From Dimorphilus gyrociliatus (taxonomy: Eukaryota; Animalia; Annelida): a stretch of DNA of 43,444 nt. The DNA lies in NCBI GenBank assembly GCA_904063045.1, contig CAJFCJ010000196.1, positions 31,694 through 75,137 on the forward strand, given 5' to 3'. The notes below the pieces were generated by a model. That model was given only the letters and a program-made list of their open reading frames with translations, searched no databases and was not told the origin of the DNA. Each line of letters opens with the position of its first letter. Positions within the stretch are counted from its first letter, which is position 1. The position numbers and the translations under genes were made by a program. Positions 1-12,113 of the stretch are shown one piece after another.

Positions 1-229
1 AAGTTGCAATAGTAAAAATAATAATCATAACACCAAATTCAGCCATTTTGTTTTAATATATTTTTAGTCTTTTGCCTCTCGTACAGATATTTTCGTATTT
101 TTTTACCTCAATGTCTATTTTCATGTATTGTTCAGTCTTATTTTCGTACGATAATATTAAACATAACTTACAAGTATTTTAAAGGATGTATTGTCTGGAT
201 CTATATAATTATAGGCTTAGTTGTTGCAA

Positions 230-290
230 TAGCACGTCTGAAAATCGCGATCTCATCATTGACGCAGCAGCTCTGACGTACTAAAACAGT
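230..290 (+). promoter_or_regulatory. Possible proximal promoter of the nuclear receptor with two CRE/ATF half-sites (TGACG)
   Basis: CpG-containing patch in AT-rich DNA, with TGACG at 260 and 274, 40-60 nt upstream of the ATG. Motif inspection only. Confidence 0.2.
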
Positions 291-320
291 GTAGAGGGCT
301 ATTCTAAAAATTTACAGAAA

Positions 321-1674
321 ATGGGATCGAAAGGAAGAAATATAATTAAATTGGATGAATTTTTTAACGAAACAAGGATATCATTACCTCCATGCTGCAT
401 TTGTGGTGGTCAATCATCAGGGTATTTATTACTATTGGTCTGGTAGATGTTTCTACATTTCGAATTGTTTTCATTTCCTTAGATCCCATTATGGTGTGTT
501 CACTTGCGAGGCTTGTAAGGTATTCTTTAGACGAAGCACGAAAAAGCACCTCCTCTACAAGTGTAATGGAAGAAAGAATTGCAGTCCAGACAAAGATGGT
601 ATATTTGCTTGCCGTTATTGCAGATTTCAAAAGTGTATTACATCAGGCATGTCATTAAACTACATAAGACATGGGCGCTACTCGCGTGAACAGAAATTAA
701 TAAAAGATCAAAGGTTAGCCCAGATTACTGAGAAGAAGTTGATGTTCACCGTCACACATTTGCCAAACTTTATGGATGCAGATGAAATGTTGATTGGATG
801 TTGCAATGTTCTTTCTGATATAAGAAATATTAATTTGGATTTAGATTTTCCCCGTTTTGAAAGTCTTATTCAAACTGCAAAAGAAGGATTGGATACAATA
901 GCATACCCTTTGGAACAATACCATGACGTTCTACGCTTATCAGGGTTAGAAATTGATAATAGAAAGCAATTTGTTCAATCGATTGAACAGATAATTGAAT
1001 TTAATATTAGAAGATGGACGGAATTGTCAAAAAGAGTTCCAGGATTAGCTGATTTAACTGATGAACAAATCTTTCAACACCTTGGCACATTTATCGACAT
1101 AATTTATGTAACAGTTTTAGGATTTAAGATTCATCAATGGCAGGAATCTCACTTAACTGTAACAGTTAATAATCACAGCATGCTTGTAAAACGACAATCT
1201 CTCGACTTTCTCTTTGATAAAAGGGATTCTGCAATGAAAATGAGAATATTTGAAAGATTTTGTAATTTAAACCCAACATTTGAAGAATTAACAGTTATAA
1301 TTATGCTTAGTGTTTTAAGACCAAATCAAACCTATCCCCAATTTAAAATTCCCTACAATAAGATGGTCTTAGGCTTTACGAGATACCTGCAAAACATCTA
1401 CGGAGTAGACTATAGCGCTCGATTAATTGATATTATAAGCTTTCTAACGTTTGTAAATTTGGAAGCATTCAACGCTAGAAAATGGAGATCAAAAGTTGGT
1501 CAATACTATCAAACGTTACACAAAAGCAATATAGTACGAAATTTTTTGTTCAGCTCCTATAAATCTTCAGGACATAAGTCATCTTTGCGGACTCAATCTA
1601 ACCCTGATGGAAATGTTAACGACGGAATTACGTATTTAAATTCTATTTTTGAAAAAAAATTAGAAGACATTTGA
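321..1674 (+). CDS. Nuclear hormone receptor (C4 zinc-finger DBD + divergent LBD), 2 exons: 321-421, 483-1674
   Basis: ATG at 321 gives MGSKGRNIIKLDEFFNETRISLPPCCICGGQSSG. A GT-AG intron at 422-482 (61 bp) joins it to SHYGVFTCEACKVFFRRS and restores the first zinc finger. The second finger CNGRKNC...CRYCRFQKC and an IRHGRYS box follow, then a helical LBD-like region. The ORF-track start (M355) reads through the intron and lacks the first two Cys. Confidence 0.9.
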
Positions 1675-2676
1675 AGAAGATTAGCATCAGAAAACTTTGA
1701 AACTTTAAAAATAAAATCTTTTAAAAAACAAAGCTCATTTCACCTGTACTTTGTTGAATTGCGATCGTAGGAATTTCGTTCTCGTCCCAACCCTATTCGT
1801 CCATACCACTCATTTAATATTACGCCAAAGTACTATTCCAAATAGAACCTCAAGTTCGTCCATAAGTATAAGCAAATAAATGATATTCATCCAAAGTTTT
1901 ATATCAAACTTTCAACAGAACGCTAGTATTTTCCAAATATGATATGTATTGAATATTCTGAGCTTTTATCTCTAAGAAAACTAAGCTAACAACTGTTAAA
2001 TTCTAAGGGTTTATATACTTTCCCAAGAGTTTAACAGTTCACAATTTCAAAGTTTGAACAATGCAAAGTAACATTTTAACACAATTGAAAGTTCTAAAAA
2101 TGGTTCCACCTTTAATTGGTTTCATTCATCCTGAGTAATTAGGTCAGATAAATTTAGATGGTCAGCTTCTTTTGTAAGATGTAACAATTTTGGTAACATT
2201 CAATTCAACCATTGAATGTGAGAAATTGGAACTGGTCCAAAAGTCAACAATAGTTGAGTTTGACCTTTTGAGACTCTTTAGCTGGCGGCTAAACTAATGT
2301 TCTTAGGTGGTTAAAGTAAGACTAATGTAGTTCTATAATTAATGCTAAATTCATTACATTTATTTGTAAGAATTTTATATGTTTTATAGCAGCATCCTAA
2401 CTCTCTGCTAAAAATAAATAGCCATAAAACGTTTCGGCATTCTCATTCGAACCCAAAAAAACGTGAAATTATTAGATATTCATTTTAATTTCTTTTTGAA
2501 GAGATAGCGAAAGAAATCTCATTTTGATTTCATGTTGTCTCAACAAGACCAATGTCTTGTCTGTTTTCTTTTAAAAAAGTAAAGTTTAGGCTGTACTCTT
2601 AAGCGTTTCATCTAGCCCAAAGAAAAAAGAGAAGGATTTTTATGAAATAATTTATTAGAAATTAGAAGATTATTGT

Positions 2677-5600
2677 TTAAACCAAATAAATTGTTATCAA
2701 TATAAAGATTAAACAAACAATTTTGAAATCAGTTGTTATTGTTCCTTGTGATTTTATCCCTAACATATTTGCAGGTGGGAAAACTGGTATATTACAATAT
2801 GACTCTCTACAACAAATATGACATTTTTCTTTTTCTAATTTATTCCATATGTCGATTATGGTATCTCTATGAGGTTCCATATCATCAGGAACAACAAGAG
2901 ATTTGTCACTATAAAAAAGATCAAGAAACTAAGAAATTTTATTACAATTTTTGAATTATCCTTACTTGTTGATTGATTCAATGAGGTACTTTTTTAAATT
3001 TTTGCATACGCTCGACTGTCTTTTAGTACATTCATCCCTTTTGCCGCATCCTTTTTGAAAACTATTTATGCCATCATTTTTTACTAATTTTGTAATGCAA
3101 GCGCTTGCATCAGCTGGACAGAGTATTGGTATCCCTTTACATTTGAATATATCATCTATCCTGCTGATGTTTTGTTCACAAACTGAGCAATATAAGCCTG
3201 GGATGGAAAACGTAATTCAAAATTTAATGGATTATATTTTTGATTTCTAAATACAAAAAAATTGCAAACCTTGGCAGTTTCCATTTGAACAGAATTTATG
3301 TTCAAAATTTAAATAATCTCGCCTTAATTGATTTGAATTGTTTAATGCTTTGTCAACATTCTCTTTTAATGTACATAAACGTCTCCTCGATTGAATTCCT
3401 AATCCGCAATCTCTATTACAATTGGTCCATGAGCCAAATTTCTCACAGGTTCTTGTTGATAAGCATTTTTTAAGTTGGCAAGTTTGTACAAAATTAGCAT
3501 AACCAGGACAAAAGCGTCCACCCCATTTAGGCGGTGGATTATTGCATTGCCTCCTTTTGAGCTTTAATCCAGGACCACATGTCTTATCGCAGGCTGACCA
3601 ATGACTCCACAGACCCCAATTTCCGTTGATAATTTCACCACAATTTCTCACGTTGCAAGTTTCGACTATTTTATCAGTACCAATGCAATTCGTTCCGTTT
3701 TTAGGAGTTGGATTATTACAATATCTAAATTTTGTTCTGAGTCCGTTATTGCAAGTCGCAGTACAAGAAGACCATTCCGACCATAAACCCCAATTTCCAT
3801 TTCTATATGTACATTCTTTCTCCTTGCATAATTTTATACCATTTATGTCGCCAGCGCAATTCTTCCCTCCATTAGCTGGATGGGGATTATTGCAAATTCT
3901 TAGTCTTGTTTGTACTCCTAAACCACACGGAACTGAACATTTTGACCAGGCATTCCAACCACTCCATTGCCCATCGGTAATTACTAAATTAAAGAAATTT
4001 AATTAGTGATTGAATTTATTGTTTTCAACTGTACTTCGATACCTAAATCACAAGTCTGTCCTGTGAATGGTAGTTTGCAAACACATTTGAAACTACCTTT
4101 ATTATTTACACATTTACCCTTATTTAAGCATGGTTTATCTTTACATTCGTCTATGTCAGTTTCACAATCATTACCCACAAAACCAGACGGGCACAAACAT
4201 ATCCGGCCACCAGGGGCTTTTTTAATACATTTTCCACCATTAAGGCAGGGACTTTTTAAACATTGTGGAATTTCTATTGAGAGATGTTAATTAATGTAAG
4301 TTTGAAGAAGTGAACACTGAATATTTAAACAACCTTTCTCGCAATGATGTCCAGTATATCCTGATAAACAGGCGCAAGACCAACTATTTAAGCTATCTAT
4401 ACAAGTTCCTCCATTTTTGCAATTGATACCAATACAATCATCAATATCTTTAAAGATTAGAATACCTGTTATTTTAAAGTAAACATAGAAGAAATGATGA
4501 ATACAAACTATTTTCGCAATTTGTTCCTGTAAATCCGGTAAGACACTGGCAGGTGTATGAATTTGGACCATCAAGGCAAGTAGCATGATTTCTACATGGT
4601 TTTTCTGAACAATTGTCCAAATCTGGTAGTGATAAAAAATATGTCATTGACGTTTGCTTTCCTAATGGTTTTTACCAATTTCGCATCGTGTCCCCTGGAA
4701 TCCTGCTGGACAAATACAAGTAAATTCGTTTATCCTTGATTCTTTACAACTTCCGCCGGATAAGCAAGGATTACTCTCACATTCTGAAACGTCTGTTTCA
4801 TTTGAAATGAAAATGTTAAAATTTAAATCATTTTAATAAGATTTGTATAACACCTTGATCACAATTCTTCCCCGTCCAACCATCTTTACAGAGGCATTTA
4901 TAATCTCCAATATATTGAGTACAATTGATAGAATTTTTACAAGGATTTGATGAACATTCATCTAAGTCTGAATGTTTAAAAATATATATTTATTTTAAAT
5001 TGTTCAGACTTATTTTTCAATAGTTTTTTAACCTTTTTGGCAACGGAATCCAACATATCCAGGAGGGCAGTGACAATGATATGCATTAATTAAATCAGTG
5101 CAAGATCCTCCGTTGAGGCAAGGATTTGATAAACATTCATCAATATCTAAAATTTTTGTCAATAAATTACATTTTACATCAACAGTTTATAAAAAAAGGC
5201 AATTAACTTATTTCGCATCGTTTTCCAGCAAATCCGATTAAGCATGTACATGTAAAATTATTTATTTCATCTTGGCATGATTTGGATGATTTTGCTAAAC
5301 ATGGCTGACTTGAACATTCATTTATATTCACATTGCATAATCTTCCCGTAAATCCAGGAACACAAACGCATTTATAACCATAATTCTCATCAATGCACGT
5401 TCCATTTAAACAAGGATTTGAATCGCATTCATTGACATCTGGAATGGCTGAATTGTGTTCACAACTAAATGAAGAAATGACGAAATTTGCTTTTTCAATA
5501 GAACTGCCAGTATCTCCACCTCTAATTTGCCTAATTGGTAATAATGTTTTATTTGTAAATATTCCATGATCACTTTCCCATAATCCTCTATTCCTATCAC

Positions 5601-7487
5601 ATTTACAGCTACCATCTGGTGCGCAATTTTCAGATAAAATACACTTTGAACATCCTTCGGGAAATGAACGGGTTGTCAATCTAACAATAGACATATCATC
5701 AAAACCAATAAACCAATCTCTGGACGTTACCCTATAACAATTTAATCTGAAAGATTGTTTACATAAATTCGAAGAATTCTTTAATGTTTCTATCTGACGA
5801 CGGGAAAAAAATGAATATAATATTCCTCTTTTATATCCTCCCTCCGGTTCTATATTAAATTTTCCGACATCTATTGGCTGAGTTCCAATATTTGGTTTTA
5901 AACTTGTTCTTGTTACATTTTCATTGATAAAATCGCAATAGACACTTCCAGCCTCATCACAAACTTTTATATAGTAATCGCGATTTTTCGGTAATTTATG
6001 ATTTAAATCGACAATATCGTTTAAGGCGTTATAAAATATGCAAGTTTTTGAATTTGGATACCAGCTAATCGACGTGCAATTTGAGAACAATAGACACGAT
6101 TCACCGCATTCTTTTGCACTAGTAAATTTTAAGGTGTACATTGACGATACATTTTGAATTTGTGACAGGCCTGTAAGAATTTTTTCCATCGAACATTGTT
6201 TACCAGTTTCTACTATAGTTAATTTGTAATAATCAGATTTAGAGAACCCCAAAGATTTTAGGTATAAACATGTTGTTGACTGACCATTTTCGCAATATTT
6301 TCCTGTATATATTCCGTGATTGTCGCATTTACAAACAACCTTATCAACGCCAGGTCCAAGATTACCAGTATTTGTGCAATTTGCGCCATTTTTACAAAGA
6401 TTTTTTGAACAGTAATCTGTAGGAGTTTGACATCTTGAACCAAAGAAATCCGGTAAGCATTTGCAAGTGAACACACCTGTTACTCCATTTCCATCGCATG
6501 TTCCATTGTTCAAACAAGGATTGATTCTACACGGATCAGAGTCTATACAAAGAAAATATTTATTTGTCTTTAGTCAGTAATCTGCACTAGAATACAACTT
6601 ACAAGTGCAACCACCAATTTCAATTCTCATACATATTTCATCGTTCCATTCCAAGGGGAAAATTTTGATATATCTACCAAATTCTTTTAGCGGATGTGCT
6701 TTAAATTTATTTGACGAGAAAGGACCAATAAGTTCAGATTGACTAGAATTCGTCCATTCAATTCTATCAAAACTAAATTGTAACTTATATTTAGTAACAT
6801 ATTTAGATGTGCCATGTAATCCTTTGATAGCTATACCAACAAAAGCTTTGTCCGTAACCATATCTATTTCTAACCATTGATTTTGATCTGATACTTCTGC
6901 GCACCATGCCAGACCAGAGTTTAATTTTACCTTATCAGGAGTATACTTGATATTCCCGTCTATTTTAGATGAATTTGCAGTAAAACTTCCAGCTGCTAAA
7001 TGTTTCAGGAGATGGTCCTTACAAGCGTATTTTAAACCAGTGCAAAAGGGTACCTTATTCCCGCATCCATACCAATTCCCAAATTTATCATAGCACCAAG
7101 GATAATCCTCTTTATCCGGATTCCTGCAGTAATTTTCCGCCTCTGCCATGCTTGATTCAGGAAGTCGGTGAGCTGTATATCTCGATTCTTTCCAAGGACG
7201 GCAAACATAATTATCATTATCTACATTCACTTTTCCACCGTAACCCTCAGCTGTTATTGATAATTTGCAATCATCTAGTATACAGTAACCCCATTTATTA
7301 TCCTTCTCAAGGTCTTCAACAACTCCGCACCAAGGTGGAGCTTTAGACGTTTGACAACCAAAATATAATTTATCACCTTCATGGAAAGGAAATTGGCAGT
7401 TGGCTCCACCACCTGTCGCAACAGTAATGAGATCTGGATTGGGGGGTTTAGTTTTATCAATTCCAATGTGAGTTCTGACATGTGAAT
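2677..7487 (-). CDS. Large mosaic extracellular protein, probably GPI-anchored: FN2-kringle-F5/8C-EGFx2-PAN/apple-Caspr/fibrinogen-like-EGFx9-TSP1x4-Ly6/uPAR; 5' end in or beyond the gap
   Basis: Hand-spliced exons 7487-6603, 6542-5208, 5146-5033, 4967-4854, 4792-4676, 4622-4509, 4447-4334, 4273-4043, 3983-3270, 3197-2966, 2908-2677, all with GT-AG boundaries. Total 4202 nt, frame-consistent (~1,400 codons). Motifs: CQFPF...PWC (FN2), NYCRNPD...PWCY (kringle), WCA...QWLEID...YVTKYKL (F5/8C), D/NxNEC EGF-Ca repeats, WSxWSxCSxxCG (TSP1), LYCSVC...KGC...[11 protein letters not shown] (three-finger), terminal hydrophobic [14 protein letters not shown]. Confidence 0.88.
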
Positions 7488-7526
7488 CTAAAATCAAATA
7501 TGTGTCATACATAGCATAATAATATT

Positions 7527-8225
7527 NNNNNNNNNNNNNNNNNNNNNNNNNNNNNNNNNNNNNNNNNNNNNNNNNNNNNNNNNNNNNNNNNNNNNNNNNN
7601 NNNNNNNNNNNNNNNNNNNNNNNNNNNNNNNNNNNNNNNNNNNNNNNNNNNNNNNNNNNNNNNNNNNNNNNNNNNNNNNNNNNNNNNNNNNNNNNNNNNN
7701 NNNNNNNNNNNNNNNNNNNNNNNNNNNNNNNNNNNNNNNNNNNNNNNNNNNNNNNNNNNNNNNNNNNNNNNNNNNNNNNNNNNNNNNNNNNNNNNNNNNN
7801 NNNNNNNNNNNNNNNNNNNNNNNNNNNNNNNNNNNNNNNNNNNNNNNNNNNNNNNNNNNNNNNNNNNNNNNNNNNNNNNNNNNNNNNNNNNNNNNNNNNN
7901 NNNNNNNNNNNNNNNNNNNNNNNNNNNNNNNNNNNNNNNNNNNNNNNNNNNNNNNNNNNNNNNNNNNNNNNNNNNNNNNNNNNNNNNNNNNNNNNNNNNN
8001 NNNNNNNNNNNNNNNNNNNNNNNNNNNNNNNNNNNNNNNNNNNNNNNNNNNNNNNNNNNNNNNNNNNNNNNNNNNNNNNNNNNNNNNNNNNNNNNNNNNN
8101 NNNNNNNNNNNNNNNNNNNNNNNNNNNNNNNNNNNNNNNNNNNNNNNNNNNNNNNNNNNNNNNNNNNNNNNNNNNNNNNNNNNNNNNNNNNNNNNNNNNN
8201 NNNNNNNNNNNNNNNNNNNNNNNNN
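7527..8225. other. Assembly gap (N run)
   Basis: Run of N. ORFs spanning it are artefacts. Confidence 1.
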
Positions 8226-8489
8226 AGTTTTGAACCCATCTAATTCCACTTCTATTTGAATATTGACAAAAATCAATTGGACATTGGGGTAATATCTTTC
8301 AATTTAAATCAATTTCAATTTTGTCATTTGGATGTAAGAATGGTTCAGGAAACTTAGCTAAGTTATCACAAAATTGAATTGTTCTCTTAAGAAGACAATA
8401 AGGTTTTGAAGTGTTATTGAATCTTTCATAAATAAGTTCAAATTCAAATTTTGGATATTTGGTTTCATCCCCAAAAATTCTGTAATAAT
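8226..8489 (-). CDS. Possible upstream exon of the mosaic gene, with an in-frame TGA
   Basis: Acceptor ttttcaaaag in phase 1, like the other exons, gives DYYRIFGDETKYPKF...IDLN*KILPQCPIDFCQYSNRSGIRWVQN up to the gap. No recognisable domain. Confidence 0.3.
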
Positions 8490-8859
8490 CTTTTGAAAAA
8501 AGCAAAGAAAACAACGCTTAAAATTAGTTTGATATTTAAAGAAATAGGAAAATAGAAATTACAAGTTGCATTTAATAAAGTACACTGAACAGAAATTGGA
8601 AAGGTGAGTGTATGACTAGGTATAAAAAACTGTGTCTGATATTTTCATCATAAAATGTTACATGGTTGTTTTCGTAATCTGAAAAAGGAAAACCATGCCT
8701 TTAGTCATATAAAGAAACAGTTTTGAACCTTTATCACCTAAAGCTGAAAAACTATGAGCATTTACATGCAATTTATCATAGTTCATATTACCCTAACCCT
8801 AACCCAACACTGGACTTACTTTTAAGCGTTTCATTATTCCTAATAAGAAAAATACTGCA

Positions 8860-9170
8860 AAAAACAGTTTGTCATTATGAAGTAACCAATGAGAAAAAAA
8901 TAACAGGAATTGGTCATCTCTTGATAAGATATGGTTTAAATTTAGATGAATGTAAAGAATTTTGTGATAAATTTTCTTTTTGCGAGTATGAATTAACATT
9001 GTATTCTTTTGGGTTTTTTATATTTATATAATTTTAATCACAGAGCATTTGTCATTTTTTCCCCAAGGCGCCAGTTGTAAGTTATCAGCGGCTTTCTGAC
9101 AGTCAAGCTACTACGTATGCAAAGGATTCCGCTTGCGGTGTACAACTTAAAACGGCCTATTTATAACTAA
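8860..9170 (+). pseudogene. Possible degenerate PAN/apple-like exon pair
   Basis: TVCHYEV...YGLNLDECKEFCDKFSFC followed by a GT..AG intron (~8990-9043). The downstream Cys-containing frame (GASCKL...YYVCK) is out of phase and contains a stop. Confidence 0.2.
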
Positions 9171-9481
9171 ATAAACTTTCTGTTTCAGAAATTGTAAATG
9201 CTAAAAGTAAGTGTTACAACTGATTTTCTTGTTTTGTTTATTTTAATAATGAACTACTGTAGTTTATGACTTTGAAACATCTGAAAATTCAAGTTTACAA
9301 ACCTGAAGATATACAAAATTTGTAAACTGATGAAGAACCAATTCCAAAATATTGAACAATATTATGCTGAATTGCAAATACACAAACTGTCTTAGTAAAT
9401 GAAATTTTATTGAAAATTCATCAAAAGGCTACTTAGAGAAAAATACGAAAACTACTTTGACAGAATATATTCCGAAAATAA

Positions 9482-9688
9482 GGGGCCGACAGAAAACGTC
9501 CCCAAGTAAGCTTTTTGAAAGCAACATTTCAGATTGAAAAATGGCTAGAACAAGTAAAATAACTATTGATTTGTAGTTAGAGGAGTTCCATCTAAGGGTT
9601 ATGGGTAATTAAAGAGGTCAGAGAAAGATAGGGGCTAGGATAGGGTTAGGGTTAAATCATGCATTTGGTGACGTTTTCTGTCGGATCC
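9482..9688 (+). mobile_element. MITE copy 1 (Mutator-type non-autonomous element with internal TTAGGG-like repeats)
   Basis: TIRs ggggccgacagaaaacgtccccaa / ttggtgacgttttctgtcggatcc. Flanks cgaaaataa / tgaaaataa (8/9 match, TSD). Internal gatagggttagggtt. Confidence 0.8.
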
Positions 9689-11071
9689 TGAAAATAATCA
9701 TATGATATTGCTGCTGGGTTTATGTATGAACAATTTTGAAATTATTACAGTATTAGTACGATGGTTGTGTTTATAAACTGAAGAAAAGAAAAGAAAAAAA
9801 AATATCAATTCTGTTGTCATGAATTTCATGAATCAGTCATTAAAGGTATTTTATATATTATTATATTTTTATTACTTTTGAAACAAATGTACATTTTTAT
9901 AGAAAACACTGCTTAATGTAATATTTAATATCAAATTTCAAAACAAAATTTTATGCCTATAGCTCATTAAGATGGAACAGAAATATTAATGTCGTATGTT
10001 CACGTCAATCTTTTTGAGACGTTTCAAATAGTCGTATGAAATCGGGAAATGAAAAATGATCTGAAAGCACAGGAACCAAATAGAATATAACAGAAAACAT
10101 CCCCAACTGGGACAGAAGTTGCCCAAACCAGAGACAGAAATTGGCCATAGGATTTCTAGTAAAAAGTATCAAAACGATAAATACGTTCCGAAATTGGCAT
10201 TTAAACAATTGACATATAGATTGTGTGTTTGGGGACCAGATATCACTTATATTCCCATTTTTCTCAAAAACAATCAACAAGTTTGGTTATAACATTAAGT
10301 TAATCTTTAAGTTGAAAAATTCCATTGGAATAATGCGAGATGGAAGAAATGGTACAGCCAGTCTCATTTCAAACCATTGTCCATAAGACGCTGCTCAAGA
10401 CCTTTCTAACGGTCGTTTAACACATACAGTGCAAAAAGGGGGAATTCTCAAATAATTCATTTCCCATATCTTTATAACTTTAAATATTGTGTTAGGCTTG
10501 AGGGATACTTATCTCATTGGATATAAATAAATTGAACCAGGAAAGCAAATATTGTTGTATGTTTTCTTAGAAATTTTATATTATCAGTTAGCAATTCTGA
10601 TGTTTGTCAGTTTTATTTTCATAAATATAATTATTAAATATCTATTTCAAGTTAGTAAATTTTCATCAATGTTTAGGACATTTATCGTTAACACATTATT
10701 ACAATTTCAAGCAATTCACCCATAGTATTAACAGTTTTTCATTCATTCAAATTTCGAGTATTGTGAATTCTATCTTAATTCATTCTCAAACAACAGCCTC
10801 ATACTTTCTCTTTATTGACAAATATACAAACAAACTTCGCCACTTTCTTTCCCTTGTCGATATGCACTTATAAGTAGTTTTAAATATAAGCTCGATGATG
10901 CGCTTAGATATATCTGCACTGCTTGTTAATACGCTTTATTTATTTATTGACTACTATTCATAAATAAAAACTGAACAATTTTTTCACAATACTTTCCTCT
11001 ATCGAGAAAGTGGCATCTGGTTTGATATTTTAGTTATATAGCATAGATTTCAGATATACTTTTCTTTATTA

Positions 11072-11654
11072 TCATCTATGCTTGATAACTGTCATAATAA
11101 CCCTTACGAACAAGCCTATCGTTCCTAAAGCTATTCCCACAATAATAGCAGCAATCGCCAGGTACTTTGCCACTTGTGCTTTCATTCTCGCTTCTTCAAG
11201 ATAGCCAAAGTCTCTCGCTCTTCTGCTTGCAATACTCTTTACAAGTGACGCTATTCCAAGGCAAAAACAGAATACCAGCGCAATGATACTTAAAACCTTA
11301 TGATACGAAGAAAAAATGCATACAAAAAGGAAATTACATTGTATATTGTTACCATTGTATCTCGCAAATATGGTCTCTGAACAATCAAATGACTAGGATG
11401 CTGGACATAAAGTTGCGTTGCCGGCGCATTCGATGTTGGTTGAAATAAAGATATTCCAACTATATGAGAATCGGGTTGAGAGTTTGGAATTATCTATAAT
11501 AAATTATTCTCATTAGTTTTTGTATATTAAAATAATAATTTTCCAATTTTACGCTATCAGATGCATTAGAAAATATATGCTCCCGGGGTTGTTGCTCATT
11601 TATAGACCTATAAGGAGGTGGTAGATCCTTTACTTCACTTGTTGATTGTTCCAT
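11072..11654 (-). CDS. CD225/dispanin (IFITM/PRRT-like) membrane protein, 155 aa; exons 11654-11553, 11493-11353, 11296-11072
   Basis: Spliced product MEQSTSEVKDLPPPYRS...QRPYLRDTMVLSIIALVFCFCLGIASLVKSIASRRARDFGYLEEARMKAQVAKYLAIAAIIVGIALGTIGLFVRVIMTVIKHR*. Pro-rich N-terminus with a PPPY motif, then the two-hydrophobic-segment CD225 pattern with FCFC. Phase-0 GT-AG introns. Confidence 0.85.
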
Positions 11655-11896
11655 TCTTTTTTCTGCAAAAGAAAATATCGCAAAAATAAGGTAATATTAG
11701 GTCAAGGAAACACTACCATTTAATAATTCAAGAAATTCTGTAAGGATTGGGAAGAGATATGCTTTAGATATGTTTACCTGGCCATAAAGCAACACCCAAT
11801 CCATATAAATAGAAACCCTTTCTCCCTACTTCAAAAATACATAGCCAGCTGGATAAAAAACATTCTAACACGACTAATGTCAGAATACAAAATCAA

Positions 11897-12113
11897 GTCT
11901 GCGACAGAAAACGTTCACAAATTCCTGCTTTTACCCTAACCTTAACCCTAACCCAGAACTTGACTGTACATAACCTTTCCAATACCCCTAACTCTAAGAG
12001 GAGCCCAGACCCTCCTATGTAGAAATCAGTTGCTGTATTCTGCTTGCTAAGCATATCTCAATCCAAAATCTAGCCTTCAAATTTCTCGTTTATGCACGTT
12101 TTCTGTCCACCCC
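11897..12113 (-). mobile_element. MITE copy 2 (same family)
   Basis: Ends gtctgcgacagaaaacgt / acgttttctgtccacccc. Flanks caaaatcaa / gaaaatcaa (8/9). Internal ccctaaccttaaccctaaccc. Confidence 0.75.

Noticed and set aside
355-482. ORF-track N-terminus MNFLTKQGY... of the nuclear receptor
   Set aside because: It reads through a 61-bp intron in the wrong frame for exon 1. The spliced model restores the missing zinc-finger cysteines.
1770-1870. Repeated ttcgtcc motifs 3' of the nuclear receptor
   Set aside because: Too short and degenerate. No TIR pair or TSD found.
7494-8276. Long ORFs containing X runs (also 23295-24109)
   Set aside because: Artefacts of N gaps.
8788-8806. ccctaa repeats as a true telomere or chromosome-fusion scar
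   Set aside because: Only 2-3 degenerate units, mostly inside MITEs and far from any long array.
10005-10460. Short ORFs between MITE 1 and the CD225 gene
   Set aside because: No domain motifs or consistent exon structure in any frame examined.
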